Of a stretch of 64,000 nucleotides of DNA, positions 35,472 through 44,187 are shown piece by piece; position 1 is the stretch's first letter, and each line of letters opens with the position of its first letter. A program made the position numbers and the translations under genes. The notes under the pieces were generated by a model that ran no database searches, had not been told where the DNA came from, and saw only the letters and a program-made list of their open reading frames with translations. The stretch comes from Opitutaceae bacterium (GTDB taxonomy: Bacteria; Verrucomicrobiota; Verrucomicrobiia; Opitutales; Opitutaceae), in assembly GCA_005792355.1 (NCBI GenBank), contig SXSC01000090.1, forward strand, positions 550 through 64,549. The letters run 5' to 3'.

Positions 35472-36482
35472 TCAGCGTTTGGCCGCGCCGAGATCCTGAA
35501 TCACGTTGCGCACGATGCGTTCAATGTCGACGCGCGCCAAGGCCGGACTGGATGACGGACGACGGCAGGCATGAGCGGCTTCGGCGAAGCCGCAATCCGA
35601 GAGCAAACAAGCCAGCTTGGAGCGGATGTCCTCCAGATGGCCCTGCTCCCGCTCGCTGAGAGGCTGGCGGGCGCGCCCGATGTCGAAACCGCGGAGGGCC
35701 GCGCCTTCGCGAAATCCCTCCGGGAAGTTTCCGGCCGCAAACATGGTCTTGATGATTTCCAGAATCTTGAACTGGATGCGCCGCGCCTCGGCCAGGTCGC
35801 CGCGCTTGAAATTGTCGTAGAGCTTCATGATCGCCTCCGGGGCGACGCCGCTCGTGGCAATGGTGCCGCCGTCGCCACCCATCAGGAGCGTAGGCAGAAG
35901 AATTTCCTCACAGCCGATGAGACACACGAATTCCGGCCGCTGCGATTTGACTTCTTCGAGGGTCGCCATGAACCGCGGCATGTCACGGCTGCTGTCCTTG
36001 GTCCCGATGATCCGCGGGCAATCGAGCGCGAGCCGCTTCACCACCTCCAGGCTGACCTCGTTGGAGAATTGCGGGATGTTGTAGATGAGGATGTCGATGG
36101 GGCTGCGGCGCGCGAGTTCGCGGAAGTAGTGCTCGATGCTCTCCTGGCTGACCTTGTAGTAATAAGGCCCGGTGACCGAGACGGCCTGACAGCCGAGGTC
36201 GGCATACCGGCCGCAAGCCTCGAGTACGAGGTCGAGGTTCGGTTCGGCGGCGCCGGCCAGGATTGGCACACGCCCCTTGGTCTCGCTGGCAACAATCTCC
36301 ACGACGCGGATGCGCTCCTCGAAACTGAGGCGAATGAACTCACCGGTGCTGCCGTTGGGATAGAGTCCGCTGATGCCTTTTTCGATGAGCCAGGAAATGT
36401 AACGGCGGAGTTCGCCCTCGTTGATGCTGCGGTCCGTTTTGAAGGGAACGACGTTGGGACACAGGATGCCGGCGATTTTCAT
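35472..36482 (-). CDS. DapA/NAL-family class I aldolase with putative C-terminal BMC encapsulation peptide
   Basis: GSTGE, YNIP, Schiff-base GTKDSS, GGDGGT; tail RRPSSSPALARVDIERIVRNVIQDLG. Confidence 0.9.
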   Translation of the reverse strand: MKIAGILCPNVVPFKTDRSINEGELRRYISWLIEKGISGLYPNGSTGEFIRLSFEERIRVVEIVASETKGRVPILAGAAEPNLDLVLEACGRYADLGCQAVSVTGPYYYKVSQESIEHYFRELARRSPIDILIYNIPQFSNEVSLEVVKRLALDCPRIIGTKDSSRDMPRFMATLEEVKSQRPEFVCLIGCEEILLPTLLMGGDGGTIATSGVAPEAIMKLYDNFKRGDLAEARRIQFKILEIIKTMFAAGNFPEGFREGAALRGFDIGRARQPLSEREQGHLEDIRSKLACLLSDCGFAEAAHACRRPSSSPALARVDIERIVRNVIQDLGAAKR

Positions 36483-36657
36483 GCAGCGGAAGTTGTGCGA
36501 ATCAAGGGGTTCAACGGTGCGAGTTCAATGCCAGACACGCGGGGTGCGTAGTCGCGGCAAACGACTCCGGTATTGCCAGACGATGCGCGCGGGAGGGATT
36601 TTCCTTTTGTCTTCGCCTTGGCGATTACCTCTTGTGATCGCGCGCCAACGCCACGCC

Positions 36658-37257
36658 ATGCCATCGCAGACCGGAAAGTCTTACCAACTCCCCGAAGCCG
36701 ATCTCCGGGCCATTCTCGGCGTCGCCGACTCGCTGATTGGCCGGGTGGGCCGCACGACGCTCGCGCTGGCGCTGCGGGGCAGCCGGGCCAAGCGCGTGTT
36801 GCAGCACGGCGTGGAGCAGGCCCGGGGCTATGGGTACTTCGCGGGGGTGTCCCAAGAAGAGGTGCTGGCGCGAATCGACGCGTTGATCGCCGATGACATC
36901 CTGCGCCTCGAAGACCACGACGGTTTCCCTCTGCTCGCCTATTCGGAATATGGTTTGCAGCTCGCGATGCGCTTCGCCGCTGAAGAGTGGCTGTCCGCGC
37001 TCCGGACGCAGGTACAATCCGTGCGGCAAGGGGCCGCGTTCGAACCGCCCCCGGTGCTGGTGGATCTCCAGGGGCGGAATCAAAACACCGTGCTGTTGCT
37101 CGCCGACCTCGTCGGCGCCGAAGCGGACGCGGACTGGCTGCCACTGCTGCGAGTCTGGGCCGCGCGGGAGACCAGGCGCGTACGGGCCCGGCTCCACCAG
37201 ATTATCGCCGCGATCGAGGCGAGGGCGGCAGGAAGACCGAGTTTGGATATTTCGTGA
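36658..37257 (+). CDS. Stand-alone RQC (RecQ C-terminal winged-helix) domain protein
   Basis: AILGVADSLIGRVGRTTLALALRGSRAKRV...GYGYF...ARIDALIADDIL...PLLAYSEYG matches the RQC pattern; no helicase motifs. Confidence 0.7.
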   Translation: MPSQTGKSYQLPEADLRAILGVADSLIGRVGRTTLALALRGSRAKRVLQHGVEQARGYGYFAGVSQEEVLARIDALIADDILRLEDHDGFPLLAYSEYGLQLAMRFAAEEWLSALRTQVQSVRQGAAFEPPPVLVDLQGRNQNTVLLLADLVGAEADADWLPLLRVWAARETRRVRARLHQIIAAIEARAAGRPSLDIS

Positions 37258-37279
37258 CGCAGCACGAAAGGCCGTCGTT

Positions 37280-38836
37280 TTAAGGCGACGCGACAAACGT
37301 CAGACGCAGCTGTTGCACGCGGGGATCGTCTTCCGGAGTGAGGGTGAAGAAGACGTCGACGCGCCCCGTCTCGCCGAGCAGTGCAAAGGTCCCGCGGAGC
37401 TGGTTCTCGGGAGTGATTTCACCCACGGACTTGATGGCGCCGACGCGGGCGAAGGTTGCCCGCGAGGACTTGATCCACGCCTCGCGGGAGCGATCCAGAA
37501 AGAAATTTTCCGCGACGATGGTCGCGGCGAGCGACGCATCCCACGACTGCAACAGTTCGGCCAGCTGGTGCTGGCGCTTCCGGAGGATGGGCGAGGCCGG
37601 GAGCGTGCGGCGCGGCAATCGCGCCTGCTCGATCAGCATGGCGCCGGCCTTGGTGTTGACGGCGCTCGTGCCGGCGTAAGTCAGGTTGGCAAACGACATG
37701 ATTCCCAGGCCGTGTTCCGGATAGAGCGTGTGGTTGCTGCCGAAGCCGGGGAGGCCGCCGCTGTGTCCGACGCTCACGACGTGCTTGTGATCCATGGTCC
37801 AGCGCAGGCCGTAACCGTAGCCGGCCGCGAAGGGCGCAAGTTCGCCGGCGAGGTTTTTCGCGTTGGCGGTGAGGCTGGTGATCTCGGCCGGCTTGTGCAT
37901 TTCGCGCAGGGTGGCGCGGCGGACGAGGCCGCCGTCCGTTTCGTTGCGGGCGGGCCAGGCGGCGAGGTGGAGATTCATGTAGTGAGTGAAATCACGGACC
38001 GTCGTGACCAGGCCGCCCATGGCGCCGTAACTGCCATCGTGCAGCAAAGGCTCGAGTTGCCAGCCGGTGCCATCGACGCGATAGCCCAGGGCGAGCTTGC
38101 CCGATGGCACCTCGGTGAATTCCCAGCGAGTATCTTTCATCCCAAGCGGCGCCAGAATCTCCCGGGAGATGTAGCGCTGGTACGGCTCGCCGGACACGTG
38201 GGAAATGACGTGGCCGAGCAGCGCGTAGCCGAGGTTGCTGTATTCATAGCCGATGCCGGGAGCGTTGGAGAGCGAGAGACCGTGGCGGATGAAGGCCCGC
38301 AGGTCCGCCGGGGAGACGGCGAGCTGGCGGTCTCCCCACGGATTGTCCTCGGGAAAGCCGGCGGTCATCGTCAACAAATGTCGCAGGGTGATGACCGGTG
38401 CGTCGGTGGTGAGCGGTACGATGGCGCGAAATTCCGGGAGGAACTTCTCCACCGGGTCGTGCAGGGCGAGCCGGCCGGCGTCGCGCAGTTTGAGGATGGC
38501 GAGGGCCGTGAAGCTTTTCGTCATCGAGGCGATGCGGAAACAAGTGTCGGGTGCCGCCGGAATTTTTTTCTCCAGATTGGCAAAGCCGATTGCCCCGGTG
38601 TGAAGGAGAGATCCATCGAGGACGATGCCCCAGACGAGGCCGGGCAATTTTTTCTGGGCGGCAAAATCGGCATAGACCTGATCGACCCCGGCGAGCATCG
38701 CCTTGATTCTTTCGCTGCGCCCAGGATCGGCGAAGCGCGGCGTGGCATAGTCGCGCTGGGGGGCGGGGGCGGCCGCGGCTGCGGCAGACGTGAGGAGAAC
38801 GGCGGAGGTGGCGAGAAAAACCCGGACGGATTTCAT
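37280..38836 (-). CDS. Secreted serine hydrolase, beta-lactamase/AmpC-like fold
   Basis: Signal peptide; FRIASMTKSF (SxxK), YEYSNLGY, GHSGGLPGF. Confidence 0.9.
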   Translation of the reverse strand: MKSVRVFLATSAVLLTSAAAAAAPAPQRDYATPRFADPGRSERIKAMLAGVDQVYADFAAQKKLPGLVWGIVLDGSLLHTGAIGFANLEKKIPAAPDTCFRIASMTKSFTALAILKLRDAGRLALHDPVEKFLPEFRAIVPLTTDAPVITLRHLLTMTAGFPEDNPWGDRQLAVSPADLRAFIRHGLSLSNAPGIGYEYSNLGYALLGHVISHVSGEPYQRYISREILAPLGMKDTRWEFTEVPSGKLALGYRVDGTGWQLEPLLHDGSYGAMGGLVTTVRDFTHYMNLHLAAWPARNETDGGLVRRATLREMHKPAEITSLTANAKNLAGELAPFAAGYGYGLRWTMDHKHVVSVGHSGGLPGFGSNHTLYPEHGLGIMSFANLTYAGTSAVNTKAGAMLIEQARLPRRTLPASPILRKRQHQLAELLQSWDASLAATIVAENFFLDRSREAWIKSSRATFARVGAIKSVGEITPENQLRGTFALLGETGRVDVFFTLTPEDDPRVQQLRLTFVASP

Positions 38837-38918
38837 GGGAGTGGACGGGGTGCGGGGCGGATGCGGGAGCAGATTTGGCCTTGGCGCGCGGGTGTCGACC
38901 GCATTAACGACTGTGGTC

Positions 38919-39899
38919 ATGCAGCGATTGACCAGCGGGTTCATGGCAGGGGCGGTGATTTGCGGCGCGCTGCTTGCCGCCGAGCCGGCGGCGGTTGACC
39001 GGGCGCAGGTGCGCGCCCTGAAAATCACCGTGCTGTCCACCATGCTCGCCGATGGCGGTGAACTCGGCGAATGGGGTTTTGCCGCGCTGATCGAGGCGGA
39101 TGGGCGCCGGATACTCTTCGACACTGGAGCGAAGACCGACGTCGTCTCGAAAAACGTCCAGACGTTGAAACTCGATCTCGCCGACGTGCCCGACCTGATC
39201 CTGAGCCACTGGCATTGGGATCACATTGGCGGGCTCATGACATTGCGGCGCGAGGTGCTCGCGAAGCATCCGAACGCGCTCGCGCGGACCCATGTGGCCG
39301 AGGGCTTCTTTGATTCGCGCAGCGGTACGCCACCCCGCGTGGAGTTGAACCAGATGATTCGCGTACGGCCCGAGTATGAGCAGACGGGCGGCAAGTTTTT
39401 GGTGCACGCCGGGCCGGTCAGGTTACAGCCGGGGGTGTGGCTCACCGGCCCGGTGCCGCGCAAATATCCGGAGCGCAACTGGAGCGGCAACACGCGGGTG
39501 ACCACCGCGGCCGGCGCGTCGGTCGAGGATACGGTGGCGGACGACATGGCGCTCGTGATCGACACGGCGCAGGGGCTCGTCGTCGTGACGGGCTGCGGTC
39601 ACGCCGGAGTGATTAACATCCTGGAGCACGCCCGCACGATCGTGCGGCCCGCCCGGGTGCACGCGTTAATCGGCGGGATTCACCTCTTCAATGCGAGCGA
39701 GCAGACGTTGACGTGGACGGCGGAAAGGCTGCGGGAGTTTGGCGTCGAGCATTTCATCGGCGCGCATTGCACGGGCATCGAGACGGTCTATCGCTTCCGC
39801 CGCGATCTCGGGCTCGATCGGGCGCGCTGCGTGGTGGGCGCGGTGGGGCAGGTATTCGAACTGGGCAAAGGGATCGATCCGCGGACGATTGCGAGATGA
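38919..39899 (+). CDS. MBL-fold metallo-hydrolase with signal peptide
   Basis: GEWGFAALIE, LFDTG, LSHWHWDHIGG, TGCGHAG, IGGIHL, AHCTG. Confidence 0.88.
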   Translation: MQRLTSGFMAGAVICGALLAAEPAAVDRAQVRALKITVLSTMLADGGELGEWGFAALIEADGRRILFDTGAKTDVVSKNVQTLKLDLADVPDLILSHWHWDHIGGLMTLRREVLAKHPNALARTHVAEGFFDSRSGTPPRVELNQMIRVRPEYEQTGGKFLVHAGPVRLQPGVWLTGPVPRKYPERNWSGNTRVTTAAGASVEDTVADDMALVIDTAQGLVVVTGCGHAGVINILEHARTIVRPARVHALIGGIHLFNASEQTLTWTAERLREFGVEHFIGAHCTGIETVYRFRRDLGLDRARCVVGAVGQVFELGKGIDPRTIAR

Positions 39900-39906
39900 G
39901 GGCGGT

Positions 39907-42348
39907 TCAGTTGCGGAAATGGAAATGGCGCACGGGCGTCGGCATCGTGGACAGCGCCCCCCGCACCGACTTCCACAGAATCTCATTGAGCTCAAATTCC
40001 GGGGTGAGATCGTAGTCGGAGAAATCCATCAGCTCCGATTCCCGGGCGCCCCACGACAGCGCGGTGTTTTTCGCGTTCACATCCACCTGTGGCGGCTCAT
40101 GCGTGAAGGGACTCAGGTCCGCCTGATCGGTGAAGGCCGCGTACATGGGCGTTGCGCCGGCATCGTATTGCGTCATCGGCGGCAGGCCCAGCAGCAATTG
40201 CATCGTCCGCAACATCGACGACGTGGTGTACAGCGTCGAGTCGACGGCGTTGCGCTTCGTATAGGGGGAGAGTACCAGACCGACCGTCCGGCGGGAGTCC
40301 ACATGGTCCGGCCCGTTCTGCGCGTCGTCTTCGATGATGAAGATCGCCGTGTTGGCCCAGTAACGCGAGTGGGTTACGCGGTCGACCAGCTGGCCCACGG
40401 CCCAGTCGTTGTTCGCCACGGCGGCCACGGGCGTCGGCGCGCCCGGCCGGGTCCCTTGGGTGTGATTTTCGCCCAGGCTCATCACGATGAAATGCGGCAG
40501 TCGCTTGGTGGGATCGGGGGAATCATACGCCTGTTCAAACCGATCGAACTCCTCCAGGAACGCTTTCACGTTGTCGGTATCGCGCATGCCCGGCAGCCGA
40601 AACTTTGGGGCCACGTGGCCCACCAGTCCGGCGATGCCGGGCGCGGCGTCCATCTGGGAGCCGTCGCTCACGCGCTGGGCATATTCGCCGTAGGAGCGAT
40701 ACGTGAGACCCTTCTTCGCCGCCAGGTCCCACATGTGCCCGGACGACGGCGTGTTTGCCGGTCCATTCACCGAGACCGAAATGCCACCGTACTGCGGCGG
40801 CCAGCGCTTTTCGTTGAAGTCGGTGGCATAGGCGGAATTTGACCAGGAATGCCCGTCCACCGACACCTCCCCGTCGCAATACAGGTTGTCGAACAAGACG
40901 AATTGCTCCGCCAGTTTGTGTTGGTTCGGCGTCACTTGCCGGCCGAAAATGGTGAGGCGCGGATCCCCGTTGCCTTTGGCGATGTCGCCAAACACCTGAT
41001 CGTAGGTCCGGTTCTCCTTGATGATATAGATGACGTGGCGGATCGGGGATCCTTCACCCACCTGCTGCGGCAGCACCGATCGACCTCCCGCCGGCGATTT
41101 CGCCCTGGCCAGCATCTCATCGTTGTAGGGGCAGTTTGCCATGGCCTCCCGCGTGTAGGCCTGGATCTGGCGACTCAGATTTTCCAGTGGGATCACGCTC
41201 ACGGCACCCTTCTGCAAGGCCCCGACATGTCGCGAACCCGCGCCGGACACGGCCAGCGGGCTCGTCGGCCCATCGATGTTGGAGTATCCACCCAAGCCCT
41301 TCGCCGCGCCGACATACAACGCTTTCCCGTCGGGCGAGACGGCCAGTGCCGACGGGTACCACGCCGTCGGAATGAATCCTTCCACGTGCGAAACCGCGGC
41401 GTCGCTGAGGTTGATCACGGCCACGTTGTTGTTGTCGGCATTGGCGACGAACAGGACTTTCTGCGCGGGATCCAGCGCGAGCGCGTTCGGCGTCGAACCC
41501 ACCGGCGCCAGCTTGTACATGGCGGTCGAGATCACCTCGATCGGCCGCAGGCGCCGCGTATCGATCACGTAGACGGAGTTCTCGTTCGAGCAGGCCACGA
41601 ACAGTCGCCCATCGCGCGCCAGCACCATGTCGTTCGGATTGTGCCCCACCTTGATCGTGGCTTTCACCTTGCGGGAGGCGGTATCGATGACGGTGACCGA
41701 TCCGCTGGACCAGTTGGACACAAACAGCGTGGCTCCGGTGGGATCGAGGACCAGATCGTAGGGATGGATCTCTGTGGGCAGTTCCGCCAGCCGTTCGCCG
41801 GTATTGGTGTCGAACGCCACGACGTGGCCGCGGACGGCCCTGGTCTGGCGGTTCGCGGCGTAGAGGATCGGCTGCGTCGGGTGATGCGCCAGGCCGGACC
41901 AGTAGATCCCGCTCTGCGGCACGTGATGGTTGAACTGCCGGGTCGGTAGCTCGCTCAGTTTGCCGTCGCGATAGGCGAAGGCGTATACCGGGGCCGCAGT
42001 CGGGTTCTGCCGGGATTCGGCGTTGCCACCGGAAACGAAAAGCGACTTTCCGTCCGGCGACCACGCCAGGCCGAACCACGCCGACTTCAGCGGGATTCGC
42101 GCCGAGATCTCGGCTTTCTGCGGATCGATCACCAGCAATCCGTGGGGATTGTATCCGGAGTGCAGCGCGATGAGTTGGTGGTCACCCGGCGCCGTCGTGA
42201 GATTGAGCACGTAGTCGCTCGTGACGATCTGGCGCCCGGCCGGCGTGATGCGCCAGCCATTGGGCAGATCGAAGCCGTGGTTGGGCAACGCGCGGGGAAG
42301 CTGCGCCGCCAGCAGTGCGGTGGAGAGAAGGAAGAGGACGAGGTGCAT
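39907..42348 (-). CDS. YVTN beta-propeller plus phosphoesterase (alkaline phosphatase/phospholipase C superfamily) protein
   Basis: LPNGWRITPAG; YVTN-like repeats (FVSNWSSGSVTVID, FVANADNNNVAVI); YIIKENRTYDQVFGD, EDDAQNGPDHVD. Confidence 0.9.
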   Translation of the reverse strand: MHLVLFLLSTALLAAQLPRALPNHGFDLPNGWRITPAGRQIVTSDYVLNLTTAPGDHQLIALHSGYNPHGLLVIDPQKAEISARIPLKSAWFGLAWSPDGKSLFVSGGNAESRQNPTAAPVYAFAYRDGKLSELPTRQFNHHVPQSGIYWSGLAHHPTQPILYAANRQTRAVRGHVVAFDTNTGERLAELPTEIHPYDLVLDPTGATLFVSNWSSGSVTVIDTASRKVKATIKVGHNPNDMVLARDGRLFVACSNENSVYVIDTRRLRPIEVISTAMYKLAPVGSTPNALALDPAQKVLFVANADNNNVAVINLSDAAVSHVEGFIPTAWYPSALAVSPDGKALYVGAAKGLGGYSNIDGPTSPLAVSGAGSRHVGALQKGAVSVIPLENLSRQIQAYTREAMANCPYNDEMLARAKSPAGGRSVLPQQVGEGSPIRHVIYIIKENRTYDQVFGDIAKGNGDPRLTIFGRQVTPNQHKLAEQFVLFDNLYCDGEVSVDGHSWSNSAYATDFNEKRWPPQYGGISVSVNGPANTPSSGHMWDLAAKKGLTYRSYGEYAQRVSDGSQMDAAPGIAGLVGHVAPKFRLPGMRDTDNVKAFLEEFDRFEQAYDSPDPTKRLPHFIVMSLGENHTQGTRPGAPTPVAAVANNDWAVGQLVDRVTHSRYWANTAIFIIEDDAQNGPDHVDSRRTVGLVLSPYTKRNAVDSTLYTTSSMLRTMQLLLGLPPMTQYDAGATPMYAAFTDQADLSPFTHEPPQVDVNAKNTALSWGARESELMDFSDYDLTPEFELNEILWKSVRGALSTMPTPVRHFHFRN

Positions 42349-42362
42349 GGGTGGGGTTGGGG

Positions 42363-43343
42363 CTAGCTGCGCACGACGCCGGCCTCTTCGTAGACTCCAA
42401 GGTGACGGAAACGCTCGTAACGCGTTTCGAGCAAATGCTCCGTGTCGAGGGCGCGCAGATCGTTCAGATGTTTTTGCAGGGCGTATTTCAGCGCGGCGGC
42501 GGCCTGGGCCGGGTCGTTGTGCGCGCCACCGGAAGGCTCGGCAATCACCTCGTCCACGATGCCGAGTTTTTCCAGGTGATTGGCGCTGAGTTTCAGGGCC
42601 TCGGCTGCCTTGGGGGCGGCGGCACCGTCTTTCCACAGGATGGCGGCGCAGCCCTCGGGGGAGATGACCGAGTAGTAGCTGTTCTCCAGAATCAGGACGC
42701 GATCGGTCACGCCGATGCCCAGCGCCCCGCCGGAGCCGCCCTCGCCGACGACGACGGAAATCGTCGGCGTGCGCAGCATCGCCATTTCGCGCAGATTGAC
42801 CGCGATTGCCTCGGACACGTGGCGTGCCTCCGACTCGATGCCGGGGAAGGCGCCGGGCGTGTCGATAAACGTGAAGACCGGCAGGCGAAATTTCTCGGCC
42901 AGGCGCATCAGGCGGAGCGCCTTGCGGTAACCTTCCGGCTGGGGCATGCCGAAATTTCGCAGGATCCGTTCCTTGGGGTCGCGGCCTTTCTGTTGGGAGA
43001 TGATCATCACCGCGTCGCCGTTGAAAAAGGCGGTGCCGCCGATGATGGCCTGGTCGTCCTTGTACTGTCGGTCGCCGTGCAGTTCCTGAAAATTCGCGCA
43101 GATGGCGGTGATGTAGTCGAGCGCGTAGGGTCGCTTGGGGTGCCGCGCAATCTGCACCTTCTGCCAGGAGGACAGGTTTGAATAGATGTCGCGCCGAGTT
43201 GATTCGATCTTCCGCTCGATCTCCCGGACCTCGGTCTCCAAATCGACGTTGGTCTCGATCGAGCGCTGGCGCAGTTCGTCGAGCTGGCGGCTGAGTTCGC
43301 GCAGCGGTTTTTCAAATTCCAACACGTAGACCGGAGGCTCCAT
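42363..43343 (-). CDS. accA: Acetyl-CoA carboxylase carboxyltransferase subunit alpha
   Basis: LEFEKPL, VQIARHPKRPY, ELHGDR, NFGMPQPEGYRKALRLM, GEGGSGGALG, YSVISPEGCAAILWK. Confidence 0.97.
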   Translation of the reverse strand: MEPPVYVLEFEKPLRELSRQLDELRQRSIETNVDLETEVREIERKIESTRRDIYSNLSSWQKVQIARHPKRPYALDYITAICANFQELHGDRQYKDDQAIIGGTAFFNGDAVMIISQQKGRDPKERILRNFGMPQPEGYRKALRLMRLAEKFRLPVFTFIDTPGAFPGIESEARHVSEAIAVNLREMAMLRTPTISVVVGEGGSGGALGIGVTDRVLILENSYYSVISPEGCAAILWKDGAAAPKAAEALKLSANHLEKLGIVDEVIAEPSGGAHNDPAQAAAALKYALQKHLNDLRALDTEHLLETRYERFRHLGVYEEAGVVRS

Positions 43344-43589
43344 AGGCGGCAAGGTTAGGGAACGGCGGCGAAGCCTGTCAACGGGGCCCGTTGGTCTTTT
43401 GTGACGCGAGGGCTGGGGGTGCGGCGGTTGCCCAACCGGCCGGCGAGCGGTGCGTGCCACGGGCGCTTGGGCAAGCGCCCGTCATTCCGATCGTCACCGT
43501 CAACTCGGTTGAGGCGCCTCGCGGTTCGTTTGGGCATTGCAAGGGATGTTTCGCGGACTATTGCTTGGGGGCGGAAACCGCGCAGCCCT

Positions 43590-44156
43590 ATGGAAAATCT
43601 GATCTACGCAATCTGTCTGGCGGTTGGATTGGTGTTTACGATCATCAGCGCGGTCGCGGGGCATTTTTTTGGGGACACTGATGGCCACGCCGATGTGGTG
43701 GGCACGGGTGGGCATGCGGAGGCGGGCTTCGACCACAGCGGCATGCCGGGCATCTCGTTTTTCAGTCCCACGGTGCTGGCGTCGTTTGTCACGGCTTTCG
43801 GCGCGTTTGGACTGATTCTGAGCCGGATTCCGGCCACCAGCAGCGTGTGGGCGAGCGCCCCTTTGTCGGCCATGGGGGGCGGGCTCGTGGCGTGGCTGGT
43901 CTTCGTGATGTTCAACGCGATGTTTAAGCGCACCCAGAGTTCCAGCGAATCGCGCGTGGCGACACTCATCGGTCAAATTGCCTCGGTCATCACGCCGATT
44001 CCGGAAAATGGGGTGGGCGAAATCGCCTACGTGCAGGGTGGCACGCGCTACACCGCCCCCGCGCGCGAGGAGAACGGCCGGCCGGTCGGCAACGGTGGCA
44101 CGGTAAAGATCAGCCGCGTGGTCGGCACCCAGTATTACGTGAAGATTTCGAACTGA
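43590..44156 (+). CDS. NfeD/YuaF-like membrane protein with C-terminal OB fold
   Basis: Hydrophobic helices, FFSPTVLASFVTAFG, LIGQIASVITPIP..GVGEIAY; directly upstream of flotillin. Confidence 0.85.
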   Translation: MENLIYAICLAVGLVFTIISAVAGHFFGDTDGHADVVGTGGHAEAGFDHSGMPGISFFSPTVLASFVTAFGAFGLILSRIPATSSVWASAPLSAMGGGLVAWLVFVMFNAMFKRTQSSSESRVATLIGQIASVITPIPENGVGEIAYVQGGTRYTAPAREENGRPVGNGGTVKISRVVGTQYYVKISN

Positions 44157-44187
44157 AATAGATCAACCCAATCATCTCCCTCCTTCC

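Noticed and set aside
35472-36482. Calling the gene dapA (lysine biosynthesis)
   Set aside because: The BMC context and extra C-terminal helix argue for a catabolic paralog, so the symbol is withheld.
36893-38998. 701-aa plus-strand ORF
   Set aside because: Antisense shadow of the serine hydrolase gene.
37280-39899. Antibiotic-resistance beta-lactamases
   Set aside because: Only fold-level motifs are present; they fit broad esterase/peptidase and non-lactamase MBL families.
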